Assembly: GCA_964442845.1 (NCBI GenBank)
Contig: CAYUAX010000002.1
Location: forward strand, 14,360 to 78,359
Source: an uncultured Bifidobacteriaceae bacterium
Lineage (GTDB): Bacteria; Acidobacteriota; Vicinamibacteria; Vicinamibacterales; UBA2999
Length of the DNA stretch: 64,000 nt
Direction of reading: 5' to 3'
The notes under the pieces were generated by a model. It saw only the letters and a program-made list of their open reading frames with translations. It made no database searches and was not told the DNA's origin. The number at the start of each line of letters is the position of its first letter. Position 1 is the first letter of the stretch. This document shows positions 14,376 through 24,144 of this stretch, piece after piece. Both the position numbers and the translations under genes were made by a program.

Positions 14376-17300
14376 CGGCACGACGACCGTCGTCGCCGCC
14401 GCCGGGCTCATCCCGCACGGTCCCACCGCGTGCACGTTGATCGGCCAGGTGCCGCGCGGCAACGGCCCGCTGATCGACCGCTGCGCCAGTGGCAGGTTGC
14501 CGATGCCCGGCACGCTCACCAGGTAGCTCGACACCGCGCCGCCGGACAGCGGCGGATCCCACAGCAGGAACGTGGTGCCGCCCGCCACGTAGCCGAGCAG
14601 CTCGGTCGGCGGTCCCGGAGCCGCGCCGCACGTGCCCGGTACGACGATCGCCACCGCCGACGTCGAGGTGCTGGCCCCGCCGGCGTTGGTCGCGCGCAGC
14701 GACAGCGTGAAAGCGCCGCCCGGCGCGCCGCCGAAGGCCAGCCGCTCGACCTGCGGCAGCGGCAGCGACGCCGCCAGCGACCCGCCGACGTCGAGGACGA
14801 CGCCGGTGGGCGGGCCGCCGTCGAACGACGGCGCCCACGACAGGTGCACCGCCGAGCCGACCGCGGTCGCCTGGAAGGCCCGCGGCGCCGCCGGCGGCAC
14901 CGGCACGTTGACGTGGAGCGGGATCTCGTTCGAGACGCCGCTCGGTCCGCCGGTGCCCAGGGTCCTGAGCCGCACGAAGAACGAGCCCGTCGGCGCGTTC
15001 ACGTTGAAGACCGGGGCGGTGCTGGTCGCCAGGGCGACCAGCGGCTGGCCCGGCGCGACGCCGCCTTCGAGGACGTAGCCGGTCGGCTCGGGCCCGACCC
15101 CGGGGGGCCGCCACCGGAAGGTCACCGTATTGCCGGTGATGGCGGAGACGCGCACGAACCGCGGCGCTTCGACGACGGTGGGGTGCGCGACGTTGATCGC
15201 GACCGTCACGGTGTTGCCGGTGCCGCTGCTGGTGTCGGCCCGGTACGAGAACGTCTCCACGCCGGCGAACCAGCGGTTCGGCGTGTAGCTGAAGCTGCCG
15301 TTGGCGTTGAAGGACAAGGTGCCGTTCGGCGTCGTCGCGATCAGCTGCGCGGTGAGGCCCGGCGATCCGTGCGCGTTGTCGTTGGCGAGCACGCCCGGCG
15401 CGGCGATGGTCAGCGGGGTGACGTACGAGGTCGCGTAGCCGTCGGCGAACGCGATGAGCGGTTCGTCGTTGACGATGGTCAGCACGCCGCTGGCGTCGGC
15501 GACGGTGGCGCCGAGCGGGTTGGCCACGGTCACCACGACGGTCTCGTCGGCCTCGTAGTTGGTGTCGCCGCGCACCGTGACCGGCAGCGGCCAGCTGGTG
15601 GCGCCGGCCGGGACGACGGCGACCGCGCCGGCGACGGCGTCGTAGTCCGCGCCGGCCGTGGCCGTGCCGTCGCTGGTCGAGTAGGCGACGGCGACGTCGG
15701 TGAGCGCCGCCGCCGACAGCGTGATCGTGACGTTGCCGACCCTGGTGCCGCTGTTGCCTTCGACGACCGCCCCGTCGCCGACGGAGATCGTCGGCAGTGA
15801 CGACGCCGCCACGTAGCGCAGCGACACGGCGCGCGGCGCGCCGCCGGCGGCCGGACCGACCGCGATCACCTGGGACGTGCGGCCGTTGACGACCATCGCC
15901 GTCGGGATCACCGCCTGGCCGTCGATGCGGACCTCGGCGAGGACGCGCGTGCCGAACGACGGCGGCACCATCAGGCTCTGCACCGGCGCGCCCCCGGGCA
16001 CGGCCATGGTGAAGGTGAGGCGGCCGAGCCCCGCGTCCCAGCTCATCGCGCTCATCGTCGAGGCGGCACGGGCCTGCACGAAGTCGTGCCACCGGCGCGC
16101 CGTCCACATCGGGATGTTCTGGCTGGCGGCGTAGGCCAGCGTGCCGTCCACCCACGGCTTCACTTCGTCGTAGGGGTAGTAGTCGACGTGGAACTGCGTG
16201 GCGATGGCCGAGTGGCCGCCGCCCTGGCTGGCGTCGATCAGCTGGCGCGACACGGCCAGCGCCGCCGCCACCGACAGCCCCTCGCTGTTCAGACCGGCGA
16301 CCAGCTGCTCGTCGGCGAGCGATGTCGACTGCTGGAACACCGGCAGCAGCTGCCCGCTGGCATCGACGAAGCGCATCGGCAGGCCGCTGCCGTTCAGATA
16401 CCCGTGCGCCTGGCTCTGCTGCGAGGGGTTGTGCACCGCCGGCCCGAACGTCGAGTACGACAGGTCCATGCCGATGCCGAAGCCCGGCATCACCGCGACC
16501 GGCGACACCCACCCGGCCCACTCGAGCGTGTGATGGCGCACCGTCGGTCCCGGCGGCATCGGCAGCGAGAACTGGAACCAGTCGAAGACGGTCGTGTAGC
16601 CCTGCGCGAAGCTGGTGACGCCGTCGTCGGCGAACACCGGATGGACGCTGATGTCGTGGCCGGCAGCCACCCAGGTGCTGACCGGATTGGCCGACATGTC
16701 GAGGAAGCGGGCGAGGTACAGCGTCATGCGCGCGCCGACGGCTTCGACGGCGGCGAGCAGCCCGGCGTACGACGCCGGCGTCTGCACGTGGCTGTCGCCG
16801 GTCGGGATCAGCAGCGTTCGCGCCGTGCCCGGGAAGTACCAGAGCCGCGGCAGCGGCAGGTGATCGGCGAGCAGATCGCCGATCACGCGGCTCAGCAGCC
16901 GCATCTGCACGTCGGCGTGCGGCACGGCCAGGCGCTCGAGATCGATGGTCTGGTAGAACGGCTCGGTGGTGCGGTACGGCACGAGCCCGTCACGCTCGGT
17001 GCCGGCGAACGCCGGGTCGCCCTGACGCGTGTAGGCGGTGCTGCGCGCCAGATCGAACGCCCACGCCGCCGTGCGGTTGTGCCGCACCACCGCCGGAAAT
17101 GCGCTGGCGGTCGTCCGCGTGGTGTAGAGACTGGCCACCGTGGTGGCGCCGGCGCTCACGTAGTGCTGCGCCGGGCCCTTGAATGGCAGTGTGAGATTCG
17201 GCAGGCCGGCGCCGGGGCCGCCTTGATCGATGAGCGTGTAGCCGTTGCTCGTCGACCCGGCGGCGGCGGCGATGCCGAGTACGGCGTGCAGCTGCGGATC

Positions 17301-17621
17301 GGGCCGCATCGCGACCAGCCGGCCGCCGCCGTTGACGAAGCCGGTGAACAGCGCGGCCTGCGGCGCGGTGAGCGGCGTCTCGGCGAGCAGCACGAGCGAC
17401 GTGGCGTCGAGCGTCGCGGCGTCGACGCTGCCGAGCGACGCGACGCCGAACGCGGTGATGCCCTCGGCTCTCAGGATCTCCGCAAGGTAGGGGCCGAACG
17501 GATTGCCGCTCGCTCCATTGACGACGACGAGCACGACTGGAGACGTCCCGACGGCGCGAAGTCCACCGCCTGCCAGCCACGATATCGCCACGACGCACAG
17601 CACGCCCGCGAGTTTGCGCAT
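14373..17621 (-). CDS. large secreted multidomain protein (unassigned N-terminal module + Calx-beta + cadherin/VCBS-like + 3 FN3-like modules), paralogue A
   Basis: ATG checked at 17621 (MRKLAGVLCVVAISWLAGGG signal peptide). Calx-beta-like ISVGDGAVVEGNSGT...STSDGTATAGADYDAV. APGVLANDN repeat. Three FN3-like repeats. Alignable along its length with the next gene. Confidence 0.85.
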   Translation of the reverse strand: MRKLAGVLCVVAISWLAGGGLRAVGTSPVVLVVVNGASGNPFGPYLAEILRAEGITAFGVASLGSVDAATLDATSLVLLAETPLTAPQAALFTGFVNGGGRLVAMRPDPQLHAVLGIAAAAGSTSNGYTLIDQGGPGAGLPNLTLPFKGPAQHYVSAGATTVASLYTTRTTASAFPAVVRHNRTAAWAFDLARSTAYTRQGDPAFAGTERDGLVPYRTTEPFYQTIDLERLAVPHADVQMRLLSRVIGDLLADHLPLPRLWYFPGTARTLLIPTGDSHVQTPASYAGLLAAVEAVGARMTLYLARFLDMSANPVSTWVAAGHDISVHPVFADDGVTSFAQGYTTVFDWFQFSLPMPPGPTVRHHTLEWAGWVSPVAVMPGFGIGMDLSYSTFGPAVHNPSQQSQAHGYLNGSGLPMRFVDASGQLLPVFQQSTSLADEQLVAGLNSEGLSVAAALAVSRQLIDASQGGGHSAIATQFHVDYYPYDEVKPWVDGTLAYAASQNIPMWTARRWHDFVQARAASTMSAMSWDAGLGRLTFTMAVPGGAPVQSLMVPPSFGTRVLAEVRIDGQAVIPTAMVVNGRTSQVIAVGPAAGGAPRAVSLRYVAASSLPTISVGDGAVVEGNSGTRVGNVTITLSAAALTDVAVAYSTSDGTATAGADYDAVAGAVAVVPAGATSWPLPVTVRGDTNYEADETVVVTVANPLGATVADASGVLTIVNDEPLIAFADGYATSYVTPLTIAAPGVLANDNAHGSPGLTAQLIATTPNGTLSFNANGSFSYTPNRWFAGVETFSYRADTSSGTGNTVTVAINVAHPTVVEAPRFVRVSAITGNTVTFRWRPPGVGPEPTGYVLEGGVAPGQPLVALATSTAPVFNVNAPTGSFFVRLRTLGTGGPSGVSNEIPLHVNVPVPPAAPRAFQATAVGSAVHLSWAPSFDGGPPTGVVLDVGGSLAASLPLPQVERLAFGGAPGGAFTLSLRATNAGGASTSTSAVAIVVPGTCGAAPGPPTELLGYVAGGTTFLLWDPPLSGGAVSSYLVSVPGIGNLPLAQRSISGPLPRGTWPINVHAVGPCGMSPAAATTVVVP

Positions 17622-17713
17622 CTCGACACACACCCCGTCCGGAACGACAACGACACCATGTGCCACCTCCGTATTCTTCTGCACCGTCGCGTGATCAGCA
17701 ACGAAAAGCTGCA

Positions 17714-17733
17714 CCGATCACATTTGTGATCGG
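17714..17733. promoter_or_regulatory. perfect 9-2-9 palindrome upstream of paralogue A
   Basis: CCGATCACA-TT-TGTGATCGG, ~93 nt upstream of the 17621 start, in the 213-nt spacer between the paralogues. It could be an operator or a weak hairpin. Confidence 0.3.
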
Positions 17734-17834
17734 CATGCGGCGGCGGCTTGACGTGGGACGAAACGCGGCGTACGCGGGTCGGGCGCCGCGGATCACCCGC
17801 GACGCCCGACGGAGGGCCGAGGTGGCGGGCGGCG

Positions 17835-20800
17835 CTACGGCACGGTCAGTGCGAACGTCGCCGGCGCGCTGGTGCCGCACGCCCCGACGGCGTGGACGGC
17901 GATGGTGTGGGTGCCGGCCGGCAGCGGACCGCTGATCGACCGCGTCGCGACCGGGAACGCGCCGATGCCGGCGACACTCACGAGGTAGCCCGTTGGCGCC
18001 TCGCCGCTGGCCGGCGGATCCCAGACCACGAAGGTCGTGCCGCCGCTGACGTAGGCCAGCAGTTCGGTCGGCGGCGCCGGCGCGGACGGGCACGCGCCTG
18101 GGACCGTGACGGCGACGGCGGCGGACGGCGCGCTCGCCCCGGCGGCGTTCACGCTGCGGACGGCGAGGGTGTAGCTGCCGGGCGGGACGCCGGTGAACGA
18201 CACCCGTTCGCCGGCGGGCAGCGGCAGCGCCGCGGCGATCGAGCCGCCGACCTGCAGCACGGCCGAGGTGGGCTGGCCGCCCGCGAAGGTCGGCCGCCAC
18301 GCCACGTGCAGCGTGTCGCCGCTCACCGTCGCCTGCAGATCGGCGGGCGCCGACGGCGCCACCGGCACGTTGACGTGCACGAGGGTCTCGTTCGACACGG
18401 GACTGGGCCCGCCGGTTCCGAGCGACCGCACCCGCACGAAGAACGACCCGCTCGGCGCGTCGACCGTGAGGATCGGCGCTGTTCCGGTCGGCAGCGCCGC
18501 CAGCGTCTGCGCCGGCAGCAGCCCGCCTTCGACGACGTATCCGGTCGGATCAGGGCCGATCTCCGGCGCCTTCCACCGCAGCGTCACGAGGTTGCCGGAC
18601 ATCGCCGCGATGCGCAACTGCGCCGGCGCCTGCACCACCGTGGGCTCGTTCACCGTGAGCGTCACCGTGGCGGTGCCACCACTTCCGGCGGCGCTGCTGG
18701 CGCGATAGACGAAGCTGTCGGTGCCGGCGAAGCCGGTGTCCGGGGTATAGAGGACGCTGCCATTCGGACCGAGGGTCAGGGCGCCGTGGGCCACGCCGCT
18801 GACGAGGGCGGCCGTCAGGCCCGGCGCGGTGTGCGCGTCGTCGTTGCCGAGCACGCCCGGCGCCGCGACGGTGAGGGTCGTCTCGAAGGGCGTCGTGAAC
18901 GCGTCGGCCGCCGGCGTCGGCGGCTCGAGGCCGACGCTCAGCGTGACGGTCACGCTGTTGCCGGTGCCGCTGCCGTCGACGACGCGGTAGACGAAGCCGT
19001 CGTTGCCCGTGTACCCGGTCGTCGGGGTGTACTCGATCCGCCCGTCGGCGCCGAGCGTGAGCGAGCCGTTGGCGACCCCGGAGACCAGCTGCGCCGTCAT
19101 CGTGCCGCCGCCGTCGTTGCTGTCGTTGCCGAGCACGCCCGGCGCGGCGACGACCAGCGGGGTGTTGAACGCCGTGGCGTAGCTGTCGGCGACCGCCGTC
19201 GGCAGCACGTCGTCGTCGGTGATCGTGCCGGTGGCCACCGCCGTACCGAGCGTGGCGTTGGTCGGGGCCGACGCGGTGACCGTGAAGGTCTCGGCCGGCT
19301 CCACCACGATGTCGCCGCTGACGTTGACCGTGGCGTTCTGCAGGACGACGCCCGGCGTGAAGGTGACGGTGCCGCTCGCCGCCGCGTAGTCGGCGCCGGC
19401 CGTGGCCGTGCCGTTGGCGGTGGCGACGCTGACCGTGACCGTCCTGCCGCTCGGCGCCGACAGGCTGACCGGGAACGTCGCGGCGGTGGTGCCGGCGTCG
19501 CCCTCGATCACGCTGACGCCGGCGATCGAGACCGCCGGGGGGGCGTCGTCGTCGGTGATGGTGCCGGTGCCGCCGGCGGTGCCGATCGTGCCGTTCACCG
19601 GGGCGGAGAGCGTGATCGTGAAGGCTTCGTCGTCCTCGTCGAGGGCGTCGTTGAGCACGGCGACGCTCACCGTCTGGCTCGTCACCCCGGGCAGGAACGT
19701 GACGGTGCCGGTGCCGGCCGTGAAGTCGACGCCGGTGGTGGCGGTGCCGCCCGCGGTCGTATAGGTAGCGCTGACCGTCTGCAGGCTGCCCGCCGACAGC
19801 GTCGCGGTGAAGACCGCGCTCGCCGCCGGCCCCTCGGCGACGGTGGCGTTGCCGATCGAGATCGCCGGCGGCGCCGGGCCGATGGCGGTCACGCCGACGT
19901 CGTGGACGACGGGCGCGGCCACCGGATCGACGGTGGCGAGTTCGAGCCGGTACTGCAGGTAGCGCCCGTTGGGGCTGGTGATCGCGGATCCGCTGGTGGT
20001 CAGCGGCGCCGACCAGGCGCTCCACGTCACGCCGTCGAGCGACGAACGCGTGCGGGCCTGGACGGTCGCACCCGTTGGCGTCGTCGCGGTCCACGACAGC
20101 TGGTTCCAGACGACCGACAGCAGCGCGTCGATGGCGCAGCTGTCGAAGGAGCCGGCGGCGGCGACCGGCGGATCGATCTCGACGGTGTCCACGTCGAGCG
20201 TCGGCGTGGCGCCGCCGGCTTCCGACAGGAACAGGTAGCGGGCGGCGGGCAGGTCGCCGGCGGTCACGGTGTGCTCGGCCACCACAGCGCCGTCGATGCG
20301 ATAGCGGATGAGCTCGGTGGCGCCCTGGGCGATGCGCTCGATCGTGAAGACGTGATACCCGGTCGGAATCGGTCCGAGGTCGTCGAGAATCGGGCCGCTG
20401 AGCGGATTGGTCGTCGCCCACAGGTTGGTGCCGCCGGCCTCGGTCGAGAAGCGCGTGTACTTGGTGGCCATCTGATTGTCGTCGGCCTGGCCGATCAACT
20501 GGTACGGCGAGGCGTTGAAGCGGGCGCGGACCTCGAGCGTCGTGCCCGTCAGCGCGCTGGCCGAACGGATGTAGGCGCCGTCGGCATTGCCGAGCGACAG
20601 CACGCCGCCCGCGGGCACCGGCGCGTAGGGGGTCGGCGGAACGACCCACGATCCGGAGATCCACTGGGGATCGAGGCTGGTGCCGTCGAAGTCGTCACGG
20701 AACGTGCCGAGCAGCCGCACGTCGCCGGCCGAGCCGACGCGGGTTCCGCTGGTCGCCGAGCAGGTGCTGAAGTCGGCCGCCGAGGTGTGCGTCCAGGCGG

Positions 20801-23021
20801 TCGGGTCGGGCTCGTCGTCGAGGATCGTGACGACGCCGCTGCTGTCGCCAAAGGTGGCGCCGACCGGGTTGCTGAGCGTGACGAGGACGGTCTCGTTCGG
20901 CTCGCTGACGGTGTCGCCGTTGACGGTGATCGGCAACGGCAGGCTGGTGACGCCGGGGGTGAAGGTGAGCGTGCCGCCGCCGGCCAGGTAGTCGGCGCCG
21001 GCGGAGGCGGTGCCGTTGGCGGTGGCCCAGCCGATCGTGACGTCGGTGGCGGCCGCCGCCGACAGCGTCACCGTCAAGCCGGCGGTGGTCGTGCCGGCGT
21101 CGGTCTCGACCACGGAGACGTCGTTGACGGCGACGGTCGGCAGCGAGGCCGGCGTATCGTATCGGGCGACGACGGCGCGCGCGCCGCCGCCGATCGACGC
21201 GACCGCGAAGAACTGCGTCGCTCGCCCATTCACCATCACCAGGGTCGGCGCCACCGTGGCGCCGTCGAGGGTCAGGTGGCTCAACGTCCGGCCGGCGAAA
21301 GTCGTCGGCAGCGTGACCGTCTGCGGCTCGCCACCGGCGGGAACGGCGACCGAGAAGGTGAGGACGCCGGTCCCCGGCGTCCACGTCACGGCGCTCACCG
21401 CGGTGGCGGCGCGATTCTCGGTGTAGGAGAGCCACCGCTCGGCCGTCCACATCGGGATCTGCTGACCGGCGGCGTAGGCGAGCGTCCCGTCCACCCACGG
21501 CTGGACGTTGCCGAACTGGTAGTAGTCGACGTGGAACTGCGTGGCGATTGCCGAGTAGCCGCCGGCCTGGCTGTCGTCGATCAGCTGGCGCGACACGGCC
21601 AGGGCCGCGGTCGGTGTCAGGTTCTGCGAGTAGGGCCCGCCGATGTTCAACAGCTGTTCGTCGGTCAGCGCGGTGTGCTGCTGATACACCGAGAGCACCT
21701 GGCCGGTCGTGGTCACGAACTTCATCGGCAGCCCGCTGCCGTTCAGATACCCGTGCGCCTGCGAGGTGACGTCAGGATTGGCCAGCGCCGGACCCCATGA
21801 GTAGTACGAGAGGTCCATCCGGATACCGCGGGCGGCCATCACGCTCACCGGGTCGATCCAGCCGGCCCACTCGATGCTGTGGTGACGGCTGGTCGCGCTC
21901 GGCGCCAGCGGCAGCGACTGGAACCACGTTGTGGCGACGTCATAGCCCTGCACGAAGTCGCCTTCGAAGCCGTCGGCGGCGAAATACGGGTGCATCCCCA
22001 CCTCGTGACCGTTGGCCAGCCAGGTGCCGACCGGGTTCCCGGTGAGATCGAGGAAGCGAGCGAGGTAGAGAGTGATGCGCGCGCCGGCGTTCTCCACGGC
22101 GCCGATGAGCGCCGCAAACGCCGCGGGGGCGCCGGTGTGGCTGTCGCCGGTGGGAATCAGCAGCGTCCGGCTGGCGCCCGGGAAATACCACAGCCGCGGC
22201 AGCGGCGTCGCGTCGGCGAGCAGCTCGGCGATGACCCGGACGAAGAGGCGCTGGTGCACGTCGGCGTGCGGCACGGCGACGCGCTCGAGATCGATCGTCT
22301 GATAGAAGACGTCGTTGGTGCGGATCATCGGCGGCCCGGGCAGCAGGTCGCGGTCGACGCCGGCGAACGCCGGATCGCCCTGCCGTGTGTAGGCGGTGCT
22401 GCGCGCCAGATCGAACGCCCAGGCGGCCGTGGCGCCATTCCGTACCACGGCGGCCCGGCTCGCCGACGTGGTGCGCGTGCTGTAGAGCTCGGCCACGGCG
22501 GTCGCGCCGGCGAGGTCGTAGTGGGCGGCCGCGCCCCTGAACGGCAGTGTGACGTTCTGCAGGCCGGCCCCCGGTCCGCTCTGCACGACCAGCGCGTAGC
22601 CGTTCGTGGTCGACCCGGCCGCGGCGGCGATGCCGAGCGCGCCGTGGAGCTGCGCGTCGGGCCGCATCGCCACCAGCCGGCCGCCGGCGGCGACGTAGTC
22701 GATGAAGAGCGTCGCCTCCGGCGCGGTGAGCGGCGTCTCGGCGAGGACGACCAGCGTGGCCGCGCCGAGCGTCGGCGCATCGAGTGCCGACAGCTGCACG
22801 ACGTCGAACGTGTTGATGCCCTCGGCGCGGAGGATCTCCGGCAGATAGCGTCCGAAGGGATTGGGGGCGGAGTCGTTCAGCACGACCAGGATCGGCGCCG
22901 GCGCCCCGCCTTGGCCACGCACGCCGCCACTCATCGCCGCGACCATCGCCAGCATCGCCGCTACCAGCACCCACTTGCGCTTTTCCACCGACCACTCCTT
23001 CTCGGGTGCCGGCCCGTGCAC
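17835..23021 (-). CDS. giant secreted multidomain protein, paralogue B (same N-terminal module, 3 Calx-beta, LamG/ConA-like insert, 2 cadherin/VCBS-like, 3 FN3-like)
   Basis: 1728 aa with a hydrophobic signal region WVLVAAMLAMVAAMSGG. Calx-beta-like segments around aa 630-740, 1050-1160 and 1160-1270. The same C-terminal triple module as paralogue A. Confidence 0.85.
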   Translation of the reverse strand: MHGPAPEKEWSVEKRKWVLVAAMLAMVAAMSGGVRGQGGAPAPILVVLNDSAPNPFGRYLPEILRAEGINTFDVVQLSALDAPTLGAATLVVLAETPLTAPEATLFIDYVAAGGRLVAMRPDAQLHGALGIAAAAGSTTNGYALVVQSGPGAGLQNVTLPFRGAAAHYDLAGATAVAELYSTRTTSASRAAVVRNGATAAWAFDLARSTAYTRQGDPAFAGVDRDLLPGPPMIRTNDVFYQTIDLERVAVPHADVHQRLFVRVIAELLADATPLPRLWYFPGASRTLLIPTGDSHTGAPAAFAALIGAVENAGARITLYLARFLDLTGNPVGTWLANGHEVGMHPYFAADGFEGDFVQGYDVATTWFQSLPLAPSATSRHHSIEWAGWIDPVSVMAARGIRMDLSYYSWGPALANPDVTSQAHGYLNGSGLPMKFVTTTGQVLSVYQQHTALTDEQLLNIGGPYSQNLTPTAALAVSRQLIDDSQAGGYSAIATQFHVDYYQFGNVQPWVDGTLAYAAGQQIPMWTAERWLSYTENRAATAVSAVTWTPGTGVLTFSVAVPAGGEPQTVTLPTTFAGRTLSHLTLDGATVAPTLVMVNGRATQFFAVASIGGGARAVVARYDTPASLPTVAVNDVSVVETDAGTTTAGLTVTLSAAAATDVTIGWATANGTASAGADYLAGGGTLTFTPGVTSLPLPITVNGDTVSEPNETVLVTLSNPVGATFGDSSGVVTILDDEPDPTAWTHTSAADFSTCSATSGTRVGSAGDVRLLGTFRDDFDGTSLDPQWISGSWVVPPTPYAPVPAGGVLSLGNADGAYIRSASALTGTTLEVRARFNASPYQLIGQADDNQMATKYTRFSTEAGGTNLWATTNPLSGPILDDLGPIPTGYHVFTIERIAQGATELIRYRIDGAVVAEHTVTAGDLPAARYLFLSEAGGATPTLDVDTVEIDPPVAAAGSFDSCAIDALLSVVWNQLSWTATTPTGATVQARTRSSLDGVTWSAWSAPLTTSGSAITSPNGRYLQYRLELATVDPVAAPVVHDVGVTAIGPAPPAISIGNATVAEGPAASAVFTATLSAGSLQTVSATYTTAGGTATTGVDFTAGTGTVTFLPGVTSQTVSVAVLNDALDEDDEAFTITLSAPVNGTIGTAGGTGTITDDDAPPAVSIAGVSVIEGDAGTTAATFPVSLSAPSGRTVTVSVATANGTATAGADYAAASGTVTFTPGVVLQNATVNVSGDIVVEPAETFTVTASAPTNATLGTAVATGTITDDDVLPTAVADSYATAFNTPLVVAAPGVLGNDSNDGGGTMTAQLVSGVANGSLTLGADGRIEYTPTTGYTGNDGFVYRVVDGSGTGNSVTVTLSVGLEPPTPAADAFTTPFETTLTVAAPGVLGNDDAHTAPGLTAALVSGVAHGALTLGPNGSVLYTPDTGFAGTDSFVYRASSAAGSGGTATVTLTVNEPTVVQAPAQLRIAAMSGNLVTLRWKAPEIGPDPTGYVVEGGLLPAQTLAALPTGTAPILTVDAPSGSFFVRVRSLGTGGPSPVSNETLVHVNVPVAPSAPADLQATVSGDTLHVAWRPTFAGGQPTSAVLQVGGSIAAALPLPAGERVSFTGVPPGSYTLAVRSVNAAGASAPSAAVAVTVPGACPSAPAPPTELLAYVSGGTTFVVWDPPASGEAPTGYLVSVAGIGAFPVATRSISGPLPAGTHTIAVHAVGACGTSAPATFALTVP

Positions 23022-23193
23022 CGATGGGCCAGCCGCATCCGTCTGAAGTGCGATCGAGCAAGCGGCGTACCACCGGGAGCAAAGATGGCCCGATCCCGGA
23101 TATGTGCGGGGCGGGCCCTGTATTCGGGCTCAGGGTGGCGGGTTGTCTGGGTGATGCCTGACTTCTGTCGGAGCTTTAGGGTAGATCGGGCCT

Positions 23194-24060
23194 TCACGCC
23201 TCGTCGTCGGCCGCGCCGTCGAAGGCCTCACCGGTATCCTGCCCGGGTTTCAGCAGCCCGGCCGTCAACCGGTACGTTCCCGGCGTCAGCATCGTGGCGT
23301 AGCCCTCGGCCACCAGTGCGCGGTTGCCGCGCCCCGCGTCCGGACGCGACAACCCGCAGACGCGGGCGAGCTCACCGGGGATCGTCATCCCCGCGCCCGC
23401 CAGGAATCCGCGGGCGACTTCGCGCAGCGCCGTCTCGCGCGTCACCCGCGCGGTCAGCGCCTCCGGGAACCGACCGACGGCCATGGTCCACAAGTAGGTG
23501 AACGTGGGGCGATAGAGCACCTCGCTCGGCACCACGAGCATCGCCGCCTGGAGCTCGTCCAGGGCGCGCGTGAAGGTCGCGCGATCGGCGACGCCGGAGT
23601 CGTCGCGCAGGTCCTTGGAGCCCATCTCCCACTCACGACGCAGGACGCGCAGCACCGCCCGGGCGGGACGGCTCAACCGCGACGCCTCGTCCTTGCGGCG
23701 CACGCCCCAGAGCGCGTGGAAGTGCGGAATGAGCCGCGGCGCGACGAACATCGCCCGGCCAGCCAGCTTGCCGTAATAGATCGTGCCGCGCCGCAGGACC
23801 TCGTCTTTCAGCGTCCACGCCAGCGAGGCCTCGTGATCGGTCTGGACGTTGCGCGGCAACACCGCATCGCGGCGGCCGCAGACCGCGACGTAGAGCGACG
23901 GCCCGGGGCGGCGGGCGTCGGTGAGACAGGCGGCGAAGCCGACGTCCTCGACGAACTGCTCGGCGGCCCGCGCCGAGGTGACGGCGCGGGCGCCCTCGCG
24001 CCGCCAGTACGCATCGCGGTGGTCTTCGATCGCGCCGGGGAGGGTGGGCCGGGGCGGCAT
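23194..24060 (-). CDS. hypothetical protein, possible winged-helix DNA-binding protein
   Basis: 288-aa ORF with ordinary composition and an ATG at 24060. The C-terminal segment [25 protein letters not shown] looks wHTH-like. Any resemblance to YcaQ/AlkZ-type proteins is only an impression. Confidence 0.55.
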   Translation of the reverse strand: MPPRPTLPGAIEDHRDAYWRREGARAVTSARAAEQFVEDVGFAACLTDARRPGPSLYVAVCGRRDAVLPRNVQTDHEASLAWTLKDEVLRRGTIYYGKLAGRAMFVAPRLIPHFHALWGVRRKDEASRLSRPARAVLRVLRREWEMGSKDLRDDSGVADRATFTRALDELQAAMLVVPSEVLYRPTFTYLWTMAVGRFPEALTARVTRETALREVARGFLAGAGMTIPGELARVCGLSRPDAGRGNRALVAEGYATMLTPGTYRLTAGLLKPGQDTGEAFDGAADDEA

Positions 24061-24144
24061 GGCACCGTGATCATGCCAAAACGCCGCGCGGGAGTGCCGT
24101 CACTCGCTTCGTCCCATGCCGAGGCGCGGTGGTAGTGTCGGCCG

